Assembly: GCA_045657265.1 (NCBI GenBank)
Contig: JAZOSU010000010.1
Span: forward strand, 3,706-67,705
Source: Eubacteriales bacterium
Lineage (GTDB): Bacteria > Bacillota > Clostridia > Oscillospirales > QAKW01
DNA length: 64,000 nt
Reading direction: 5' to 3'
Shown here piece by piece: positions 1 through 7,845 of the stretch. The translations under genes were made by a program, and so were the position numbers. Position 1 is the first letter of the stretch. The number at the start of each line of letters is the position of its first letter. The notes below the pieces were generated by a model. That model was not told the origin of the DNA, searched no databases, and saw only the letters and a list, made by a program, of their open reading frames with translations.

Positions 1-2000
1 CGTTTGATGCTTATATTATAGAATCTGAGTCACTGTTAGTTGATGAGTATGACGTAACTTCAAGGGGGACCGTTGAAAAAAGAGTCGGTGTGATTTCTGA
101 TTTGAACGCTCCTATAACTGAAGCTTACAATATGGTTTTTTCAGGAAGTTATGTAATTAGTGGTCATGCTAAAGTTGTTGTTACTGATGTAGGTAAACGT
201 GTTTACGTATCCAAAATTCATAAACAAAAAACATTCAATAAAAAATACGCGACGAAAATCACTGATTTTTCAAAGCTGTTACTTTTTGTTTTCTGTTTGC
301 TTGCTGTGGTGTTTACTGTAATTTGTTCATTTTTGTCAGGAAACTATGTTAATGCTATCAGTTCAATTTTAATATTTTTCTCATTACTATTTTCTGATTT
401 TCTCACTAAATATATTTTTATTTCTTTTTCTAATACTTTTCTTGGACTTTCTAAAGAAAAAATATATTTAAAAAATCCATCGGTTATTGAGAAAATAAAC
501 AATAGTGATTTAATTATTTTTAATCAGGATTCGATTTTTAAAAATGATATTTCTATTACCGGTTTTTCTGATTATAATAACCGTTTTTCAGATGTTGGTG
601 AAATTGGCAAAAATAATTTTGAGACTTTTGTTTATGCAGCACTTTGTTCTGAGAAAACAGATGATTACCGTAATTATTCATTTAATAAATCAATAATTAA
701 AATTCTTAAAAAAATTGGTATTGATTTTAAAGATATTGATTCAATGTGTCCTATGATTTCATATCTTGATGTTCCGTCTGAATTATATGAAATTTGTGGC
801 AGAGTTTACGATGGAAACAATCTTTTGATTGTTAAAGGTGATTTTAACAAGATTTTAGAATTGTGTTCTAAATCTAAAAACGATATACCCGAAGATGTTC
901 TGAATAAACTATACTCTGATTCCACTGAAGTGATTGGTGTTGCTATCAAAAACGTTGATATTATTCCAGATGATCTTTCTGAGCAAACTGATGCCTTTAC
1001 TTTGTTAGGTTTTATTTCTGTTAAAAAATCAATCAGAAAGGATACAGCTCAGAAAATTTCTGAATTACTTATCCGTGGATATAAAAGCGTTATTCTTTAT
1101 TCAGGTAATAAAATTTCAGCTGAATTCATATCTGAAAAGTTGGGTCTTAAATCATTCTCATATAACACCATAGACAATTTAAATAAGAATGATTTTGACT
1201 GCGGTTGTATAATTTACGATTATACGGGTGATGAACGCCGTTTGATATCTAAGATTACATCTTTTAATTTTAAATCTGTTTTTTGTGGTAGATTCAATAC
1301 GTTGAATCAGAAAGTTATTTATTTTGATTCTTTTGACTCAAGCGCTTATCATCAGAAAGAGTGTGATGTTGTTTGTAAGCCTTCGTTTGATAAGTATTTT
1401 AAAGTATTTAATTGTGTAGATAAGACGTACTCTTATATAAACTATATTTTTGAAAATATAATTACTTTTATTGCAATTTACGTTATTTGCGGTACTCTTT
1501 ACACTATTCTTTTTAAAAAAGTTTTATTTAACACTGCTTTATTATCACTTGTAACTTTTATTGCTTTATTAATTCCGTGTCTTTGTGTTTTATATTGCAG
1601 TAAATTCACAAGACTGTGTGATAACAAAAAATTTGCTTCCGAGCCGATACAGTATGCGAATATGATAAATGCAATGTTGATTACATTTTTCTTTATTGTT
1701 GCTATTGTTTTTTTGAAACTGATAAATAAATCAGATATTATTAGCGGTATTTTAGTTGTTGCTTTTGCAGCCTATTTACCATATTTACAACTGAAAAACA
1801 TCTTGAAATTAAACAATGTTTTATCTATTTTACCGTCAATCGTTTTAGGCATTTTGTTTATTTTGCCGATTTCAAACATTTTTGGTATACATGGATTTAA
1901 TTTTATTCATTTATTGATTTCGATTTGTCTTGGTGTATCTTTAAGATTTTTGATAAATAAGTTTAATAAAATTATTGTTAATAAAGGATCATTAATATGA
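1..2000 (+). CDS. Degenerate P2-type (Ca2+/cation) P-type ATPase-like membrane protein, 5'-truncated by the window; catalytic motifs lost
   Basis: Frame is open from nt 3 (FDAYIIESESLLVDEYDVTSRGTVEK...NMVFSGSYVISGHAKVVVTDVG), matching the P2 actuator-domain pattern. It also has a TM hairpin, N-domain LIVKGD (KGA), LLGFISVKKSIR (GMIDPPR) and about 6 C-terminal TM helices. DKTGT reads NQDSI (522-536), TGES reads TSRG and PEGL reads SDFL. Confidence 0.75.
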   Translation, partial: FDAYIIESESLLVDEYDVTSRGTVEKRVGVISDLNAPITEAYNMVFSGSYVISGHAKVVVTDVGKRVYVSKIHKQKTFNKKYATKITDFSKLLLFVFCLLAVVFTVICSFLSGNYVNAISSILIFFSLLFSDFLTKYIFISFSNTFLGLSKEKIYLKNPSVIEKINNSDLIIFNQDSIFKNDISITGFSDYNNRFSDVGEIGKNNFETFVYAALCSEKTDDYRNYSFNKSIIKILKKIGIDFKDIDSMCPMISYLDVPSELYEICGRVYDGNNLLIVKGDFNKILELCSKSKNDIPEDVLNKLYSDSTEVIGVAIKNVDIIPDDLSEQTDAFTLLGFISVKKSIRKDTAQKISELLIRGYKSVILYSGNKISAEFISEKLGLKSFSYNTIDNLNKNDFDCGCIIYDYTGDERRLISKITSFNFKSVFCGRFNTLNQKVIYFDSFDSSAYHQKECDVVCKPSFDKYFKVFNCVDKTYSYINYIFENIITFIAIYVICGTLYTILFKKVLFNTALLSLVTFIALLIPCLCVLYCSKFTRLCDNKKFASEPIQYANMINAMLITFFFIVAIVFLKLINKSDIISGILVVAFAAYLPYLQLKNILKLNNVLSILPSIVLGILFILPISNIFGIHGFNFIHLLISICLGVSLRFLINKFNKIIVNKGSLI

Positions 2001-2740
2001 TTGAAGAAAAAAGAAATGACGGATATATTTTTGGGAGAAATAATGTTATAGAAGCTCTTCGTTCAGATAGAGAAATTGATAAACTTTTTGTTGTTGATTC
2101 ATCTGGTGGTAGTTTATCAAAGATTATTTCTCTTGCATCAGAAAAGAGAATTCCTATAATAAGAATAAGTTCCCAAAAACTTGATTCCAAATTCCCAGGT
2201 GAGAATCATCAGGGGGTTGCTGCGATTGCAGCAGTAAAAGATTATTCTACTATTGATGACATCTTTGAACTTGCAAATTCACGAAATGAAAGACCTTTTA
2301 TTTTGATTGCTGATGAAATAGCTGATCCACACAATTTGGGTGCTATTATTAGATCAGCGGAGTGTTTCGGTGCGCATGGTGTTATTATTTCAAAAAGAAG
2401 AGCGGTAGGTCTTACTGCATCTGTAGAGAAAACAGCAGGAGGCGCTCTTAATTATATGCCTGTTGTTAAGGTTACAAATTTAGCTTCTACAGTTGAAGAA
2501 CTAAAAGAACGTGGAATTTGGGTTTATTGTTGTGATATGGACGGGGATAGAACGTATTTTGAAGAAAAATATGATACTTCTCTTGCTCTTATAGTTGGAA
2601 GTGAGGGTAAAGGAGTTTCTCCGCTACTAAAAAAGAAATGTGATTTTGTAGTTAACATTCCGATGAAAGGTAATGTTAGCTGTCTTAATGCTTCGGTTGC
2701 CGCAGCAGTTGTTATGCAGGAAATTGCTAAAAACAGATAA
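1997..2740 (+). CDS. rlmB: 23S rRNA (guanosine-2251-2'-O)-methyltransferase, TrmH/SpoU family
   Basis: IFGRNNVIEAL N-terminus, HQGVAA, DPHNLGAIIRSA, GSEGKG and CLNASVAAAV SPOUT motifs. Confidence 0.93.
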   Translation: MIEEKRNDGYIFGRNNVIEALRSDREIDKLFVVDSSGGSLSKIISLASEKRIPIIRISSQKLDSKFPGENHQGVAAIAAVKDYSTIDDIFELANSRNERPFILIADEIADPHNLGAIIRSAECFGAHGVIISKRRAVGLTASVEKTAGGALNYMPVVKVTNLASTVEELKERGIWVYCCDMDGDRTYFEEKYDTSLALIVGSEGKGVSPLLKKKCDFVVNIPMKGNVSCLNASVAAAVVMQEIAKNR

Positions 2741-2755
2741 TTGGGGATTTGGGCT

Positions 2756-4954
2756 ATGGATGAAAAATTTAATCTTGATGATTTAAAGCAAATGATTTCG
2801 GATTACGATACTCGTAAAACCGAATTCACTTTGGATGATATAATTAAAACCGAACAGGAAATTGAAGACATTAAGCCTTCAAATGAAATAAACAGTGATG
2901 TTATTAAACCGGATAGTGTTTCTATTACAGGGGCTTTTGAAGCTATCAGATCTGAAAAATCAAATCATTCAAATGATATTACAGTAAAATCGGTTGAGCC
3001 TCAGATCAATAAAGATTACGAAATTGAAGATGATAATATTGTAGAAAATGATGCTAAGCCTTCTGTTGAAATAGTTGCAGAAATTGAACCTAAACGCTAT
3101 TTCAATACAGAACAATTTGAATCTATTAAGAATAAAGAGTCAGTAGATATGAAAGAATCTATAGCTTCGTTTACCAAGGGTCTGGAAGAAGAGGACGACG
3201 GAGAAGAAGAGTATATCAATTCTTTTGATGAAACTGAAGAAATAGACGATTTTGAAACATTGGATGAAAGAGAAGATATTCTTTTAGATCTTAAAAAAAT
3301 GAATTCATCCGCTGCTTTTAAATCATCACTTACGTTTATTTTAACTCTTATTTCGGGTCTTATGTTTTTGGCTTTACAGCTTGGTGTCTCTGTACCGGGA
3401 CTTGCTATTACTTCCGGTTCTAAATTGTTTTTAACATTTGTTTTGTCGATTTCTGTTGTAGCATCTATAGTTAATATTAATTCTTTATTTAAAGGTTTAT
3501 TATCACTTGTAAAATTGAAATGTACTCCGGAAACAATGATTTTTCTTGCTTTTGTTTCCAATACTTTATTGAATCTTTTTTATCTTTTAGGAAATACAAG
3601 TTTTAATGGTGATTTTATTTCTTTCGATTTTGTTTATATGCTTCTTTTGATGTTTAATATTATGTCAAAGAAAATTTTAGCAAAAAACATACTTAAGAAC
3701 TTTATGATTGCTTCTTCAGAAGGTCAAAAAACAGTTGTAGACAGACCTGAAATGGAAGAAATTGCAAATGATATAATCCTTGAAACCGGCAATGGCGGAG
3801 ATATATTATATGCGACTAAGAGCAGATTTGTGACTGATTTTATACATAATAGTTTTAAAGATTTCGATATTTGCAGTAAACATTCTCCCTTTTATACTTT
3901 TTGTTGTGTTATAATTTTTGCTCTTTCGGTTCTTACATATTTTCTTACTAAAAACTTCGTTCATATGTTAGCATATTCTGCAGGAGCTTTTTGTGTTGTA
4001 ACACCGCTTTTACTTACGTTTTCTCAAGCTGTACCTATTTTTAACAATAGTAACAGAGCACGACGTTTTGGTGGCGCTATTGTAGGAAGTGAAAGTGCAT
4101 ATGCATTGGAAGATGCTCAGACTCTTATTGTTGATGATAGCGATGTTTTTAATGTTGCGTTAAACGGTATCCGTATGTTTGGAGATACAGAAATTGACGA
4201 ATGTATTTTGTATTTATGTTCTCTTTATAATACTGTAGGAGGTCCTCTTAAGAATTTATTTACTGATATGCTCAGTGAAAGTATTCCTTCCATCCCGAGA
4301 TGTGATGAAGTTTATTATCACGAGACCATGGGTTTTTCTTGTCTTATACATTCAAAGGTTTTTGTTGTGGGTAATAAGAATCTTATGAATCATTTTGGCA
4401 TTGAAGTTGATGATAGTGAGTTTGAGATCATTTATCAACAAAAATCAAAGAATGTTTTATTTGTTGCATACGATGGTAAATTAATGGGCGTATTCCTTTT
4501 GACTTATTCTTTGTCTCACGGTGTTTCTAAAGCTTTTTCACTTTTTGAAAACGATCAGATTAATGTTGCTATTGCAGAAAGAGATGCTAATATTACTACA
4601 TCGCTGTTATACAATAATTTTAAAACATCTGATAAATCACTGTTCTCTATTATGAATTTTAGAACAGCCAGAAACTGTTTTAGTAAATTTGAACTTAAAA
4701 ACAAAACTCCTTCTATTTTACTATCCAACACAGGTTTGAAGGGTATAGCAGCAGCTTTCCATGGTTGTAGGGCGATGCTTTTTGCGATGAAAGCAAATCA
4801 GGTTATTAAGACAATATCTTCCCTTATGGCGATAGTTTTGATTACATTTTTACTTGTGTTTTCTGCACCGTCTCTTTCATTGCCTATGCATATAATTGCA
4901 TATCAGCTACTTTGGTCTTTGCCTATACTTTTTGTATCTTTGTTTTCTAAATAA
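2756..4954 (+). CDS. Degenerate P1B-type (heavy-metal) ATPase-like membrane protein with long acidic N-terminal region
   Basis: ATG at 2756 behind GGGGA (ORF track starts at TTG 2741). About 180 aa of acidic, low-complexity N-terminus, several TM helices, then P1B-like segments: FCVVTPLLL (CPC helix), GGAIVGSESAYALEDAQTLIVDDSDVF (GILIKG..LE...TVVFDKTGT), GGPL (SEHPL), VVGNKNLM, LFVAYDGKLMGVF, and two C-terminal TMs. Confidence 0.7.
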   Translation: MDEKFNLDDLKQMISDYDTRKTEFTLDDIIKTEQEIEDIKPSNEINSDVIKPDSVSITGAFEAIRSEKSNHSNDITVKSVEPQINKDYEIEDDNIVENDAKPSVEIVAEIEPKRYFNTEQFESIKNKESVDMKESIASFTKGLEEEDDGEEEYINSFDETEEIDDFETLDEREDILLDLKKMNSSAAFKSSLTFILTLISGLMFLALQLGVSVPGLAITSGSKLFLTFVLSISVVASIVNINSLFKGLLSLVKLKCTPETMIFLAFVSNTLLNLFYLLGNTSFNGDFISFDFVYMLLLMFNIMSKKILAKNILKNFMIASSEGQKTVVDRPEMEEIANDIILETGNGGDILYATKSRFVTDFIHNSFKDFDICSKHSPFYTFCCVIIFALSVLTYFLTKNFVHMLAYSAGAFCVVTPLLLTFSQAVPIFNNSNRARRFGGAIVGSESAYALEDAQTLIVDDSDVFNVALNGIRMFGDTEIDECILYLCSLYNTVGGPLKNLFTDMLSESIPSIPRCDEVYYHETMGFSCLIHSKVFVVGNKNLMNHFGIEVDDSEFEIIYQQKSKNVLFVAYDGKLMGVFLLTYSLSHGVSKAFSLFENDQINVAIAERDANITTSLLYNNFKTSDKSLFSIMNFRTARNCFSKFELKNKTPSILLSNTGLKGIAAAFHGCRAMLFAMKANQVIKTISSLMAIVLITFLLVFSAPSLSLPMHIIAYQLLWSLPILFVSLFSK

Positions 4955-4957
4955 TAC

Positions 4958-4986
4958 TTGAAAATATTAATATAATAATATATAAT
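4958..4986 (+). promoter_or_regulatory. sigma-A promoter for SRP RNA (TTGAAA-N17-TATAAT)
   Basis: TTGAAA at 4958-4963 and TATAAT at 4981-4986, 17-bp spacing; the predicted start lies just before the precursor stem at 4994. Confidence 0.8.
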
Positions 4987-4993
4987 TACTTTA

Positions 4994-5294
4994 TTGTGGC
5001 ATGAAATGGAATCACACTATCCGGGGCGTTAGCGGTGCCTTGTACCTACAGTCCGCTATAGTAGGGGAGAATGCTTGACTGAGGATATTTCTTGGTGCGG
5101 CAAGCCGCAAACTGTGAATGTTGAGAAATAGGTTCGGCGCAATATCATGTTGTGAACCATGTCAGGCGGGGAACCGAGCAGCATTAAGCAAATTTTGGTA
5201 TGTGCCGCCGAGGTGCCTGTTTTGAGTTCATAGTTTGCTAAGCTCACATTGAGAGTATTCAAACCAAGCTGTGTGATTTCATCTCATGCCACAA
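4994..5294 (+). repeat. 24-bp inverted repeat (4994-5017 / 5271-5294) enclosing the SRP RNA; probable precursor processing stem
   Basis: ttgtggcatgaaatggaatcacac pairs with gtgtgatttcatctcatgccacaa: 22 Watson-Crick pairs, 1 G-U and 1 mismatch. A T7 run follows at 5296-5302. Confidence 0.85.
5018..5270 (+). ncRNA. ffs: Large bacterial signal recognition particle RNA (scRNA) with Alu domain; ends approximate
   Basis: Helix-8 motif GAACCATGTCAGG-CGG-GGAA-CCG-AGCAGC (about 5154-5182). The Alu domain has helix 3 (ggggcg/tgcctt), a UGU turn, helix 4 (cctac 5045-5049/gtagg 5061-5065) and loop-loop complementarity TAGCGG 5030-5035 / CCGCTA 5053-5058. Position upstream of dnaX-ebfC-recR matches Bacillus scr. 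Confidence 0.93.
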
Positions 5295-5313
5295 ATTTTT
5301 TTGGAGATTAATT

Positions 5314-6873
5314 ATGTATCAGGCTCTTTACAGAAAATACAGACCACTTGTTTTTGAAGATGTAATCGGTCAGGAACATGTTGTTAATACTGTTAAAAAT
5401 CAAATAGTAAATAATAAAATTTCTCATGCATATATGTTTACAGGGACAAGAGGTACAGGAAAGACTACATGTGCTAAAATATTAGCCAGAGCTGTAAACT
5501 GTGAAAATTCAGTTGACGGTAATCCTTGTAACGAATGCGAAACCTGTAAAGGAATTTTAAACGGCAGTTTATTGGATGTTTTTGAAATAGATGCCGCTTC
5601 TAATAATGGTGTTGATAATATCCGAGAACTGCGTGATGACGTTATTTTTACACCTGCATCTGCGAAGTATAAAGTTTATATTATAGATGAGGTTCATATG
5701 TTAAGTACGGCGGCTTTTAATGCTTTACTAAAAACACTTGAAGAACCTCCGGCACATATTATTTTTGTTTTTGCTACTACCGAAATTAATAAAGTGCCTC
5801 AAACAATCTTGTCAAGATGTCAGAGATTTGATTTTAAACGAATAACCGTAAACGATATTTGCGCAAGACTTAATTATGTTGCCAAAGCTGAAGGCTTCTC
5901 TATTGATGAAAAAGCTTGTCAGTTAATTGCCAAACTTGCTGACGGTGCTATGCGTGACGCGCTTTCTATATTAGATAGATGCGTAAGCGGTACAGATACT
6001 GTTACTTTAGAAACCGTTGAACATACTGTTGGCATTTGTCCGTATGAAGAAGTGGCTTTTGCTCTTGAATGCGTGGCTGATTCAAATACAGATGGTATAC
6101 TTAAATTTTATTCTGATTGTAGAAAAAATTCTAAAGATTCCGTTTCTTTATTTTCCGAACTGTGTTCGTATCTTCGTGATATGATAATCATTAAACTCAC
6201 TGATAATTCGGAAGAACTTTTGCCTTACGATGATGATAAATATGCAGAAGTAAAAAAACTTTCGGAAAATTTTGAGGTTTCTGCTTTGGTTCGTGCTATA
6301 AGCGTATTACAAAATGGTATATATGACATTTCAAAATTTAAAGATAAGCATATCATGGCAGAAATGACGCTTATTAAACTAACAAATCCACAAATTGGAC
6401 TTGATGCTCAATCCATTAACGAACGTTTATCAAGGCTTGAAAATGGAACTGTAAATGTTGCTTCTGTTACAAAACAACAGAATTTTAATGAAACTAAACC
6501 ATCACAGGGTCCAGTTTTAAATAAAACAGACAATAAACCGATTCAAAAAAGTTCAGTAGTTGCAGATGATTTTTGGAATCAGCTTATTGATAATTTGAAT
6601 AACGGCGGCGGCAGATCTTTTTCTGTATTTCTTAAAAATATTGAACATTCTGTAGATGAAAGTATTATTAAAATCAGATGTTCTAAAAACGAGTTTGCTT
6701 ATTCAGTTTTAAATATTCAGTCTAATATTGAACTGATAAAACAGGCAGCTAAAGCCATTACAAATATAGATTATTCTGTTGTTTTTAGTGATAAACAAGT
6801 TGTTAAAACTTATGAAAATGACAGCCTTAATGAACTTTTAAATAATGCTAATGATATTTTATATGAGGAGTAA
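5314..6873 (+). CDS. dnaX: DNA polymerase III subunit gamma/tau
   Basis: YQALYRKYRP, GTRGTGKTT Walker A, Zn-binding cysteines, EIDAASN, IIDEVHML, SRCQRF. Confidence 0.97.
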   Translation: MYQALYRKYRPLVFEDVIGQEHVVNTVKNQIVNNKISHAYMFTGTRGTGKTTCAKILARAVNCENSVDGNPCNECETCKGILNGSLLDVFEIDAASNNGVDNIRELRDDVIFTPASAKYKVYIIDEVHMLSTAAFNALLKTLEEPPAHIIFVFATTEINKVPQTILSRCQRFDFKRITVNDICARLNYVAKAEGFSIDEKACQLIAKLADGAMRDALSILDRCVSGTDTVTLETVEHTVGICPYEEVAFALECVADSNTDGILKFYSDCRKNSKDSVSLFSELCSYLRDMIIIKLTDNSEELLPYDDDKYAEVKKLSENFEVSALVRAISVLQNGIYDISKFKDKHIMAEMTLIKLTNPQIGLDAQSINERLSRLENGTVNVASVTKQQNFNETKPSQGPVLNKTDNKPIQKSSVVADDFWNQLIDNLNNGGGRSFSVFLKNIEHSVDESIIKIRCSKNEFAYSVLNIQSNIELIKQAAKAITNIDYSVVFSDKQVVKTYENDSLNELLNNANDILYEE

Positions 6874-6876
6874 ATT

Positions 6877-7224
6877 ATGAAAGCAAGATTACCTGAAGGA
6901 TATAATATGAAACAAGGCGATATGATGCGCAAAATGCAGAAAATGCAAGAAGATGTGGCTAATGCTCAAAAAGAAGTTGAAGAATCTGTTATTGAAGCTA
7001 AATCCGGCGGCGGTATGGTTTGTGTAAAAATGACAGGTAAAAAAGAACTTGTTTCAATTAAAATTGAAAAAGAAGTAGTAGACCCTGATGATATTGAAAT
7101 GCTCGAAGATATGATCGTTGCTGCTGTAAATGAAGCGGGAAAAAACGTGGATTCTCTTCTTGAAGAAAAAATGAGTGCCGCAACCGGCGGTCTTAATTTA
7201 AATCTTCCGGGATTCGGTTTTTAA
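6877..7224 (+). CDS. ebfC: YbaB/EbfC family nucleoid-associated protein
   Basis: MQKMQE...SGGGMV...DPDDIEMLEDMIVAAVNEA; canonical dnaX-ybaB-recR order. Confidence 0.93.
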   Translation: MKARLPEGYNMKQGDMMRKMQKMQEDVANAQKEVEESVIEAKSGGGMVCVKMTGKKELVSIKIEKEVVDPDDIEMLEDMIVAAVNEAGKNVDSLLEEKMSAATGGLNLNLPGFGF

Positions 7225-7233
7225 GGAGTAACT

Positions 7234-7830
7234 ATGCAATTTGTTCCTGCTTTTGCAAAACTTGTAGAAGAATTTGAGAAATTGCCGGGTATAGGTTCAA
7301 AAACGGCACAAAAAATGGCGTATTATATTGTTGCTTCTGATAATTCGGTTGCAAATGAATTTGCAAGTGCATTGTTGGACGCTAAAAAGAATATCCATTT
7401 ATGTAACGTTTGTCAGAATCTTACGGACAGTGATGTCTGTTCGGTGTGTTCTAACGATAAGCGTGATACTTCAGTTATTTGTGTTGTTGAAAAACCAAGT
7501 GATATTGATGTCATTGAACGTACAAGGGATTATAATGGTCTTTATCATGTGTTGCACGGTTTAATTTCACCGATGAATGACGTGGGACCCGATGATATAA
7601 AACTTGCTGAACTTTTACATAGAGTTTCAGAAAATGACGTTAAAGAGGTAATTATGGCTACCAGTCCTAACGTAGAGGGGCAGGCCACAGCAATGTATAT
7701 TGCAAAATTGCTTAAACCTTTTGAGCTTAAGGTTACAGGTCTTGCACTTGGTATTCCTGTTGGTGGAAGCCTTGAATATTCTGATAGTATTACACTCGCA
7801 AGAGCAATAGAAAACAGAAGAGAAATTTAG
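7234..7830 (+). CDS. recR: Recombination mediator RecR
   Basis: LPGIGSKTAQK HhH, C4 zinc finger (CNVC...CSVC), Toprim domain (YHVLHG, EGQATA). Confidence 0.96.
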   Translation: MQFVPAFAKLVEEFEKLPGIGSKTAQKMAYYIVASDNSVANEFASALLDAKKNIHLCNVCQNLTDSDVCSVCSNDKRDTSVICVVEKPSDIDVIERTRDYNGLYHVLHGLISPMNDVGPDDIKLAELLHRVSENDVKEVIMATSPNVEGQATAMYIAKLLKPFELKVTGLALGIPVGGSLEYSDSITLARAIENRREI

Positions 7831-7845
7831 TTTAGGAGAATTTAG

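Noticed and set aside
5056-5262. 68-aa minus-strand ORF
   Set aside because: It lies antisense to the SRP RNA gene, whose structure explains the sequence.
6544-6552. AAAAAAG run in dnaX at about the position of the E. coli gamma/tau -1 frameshift
   Set aside because: It is read CAA-AAA-AGT, out of phase for an A-AAA-AAG slippery heptamer, and no stimulatory hairpin or internal SD is evident.
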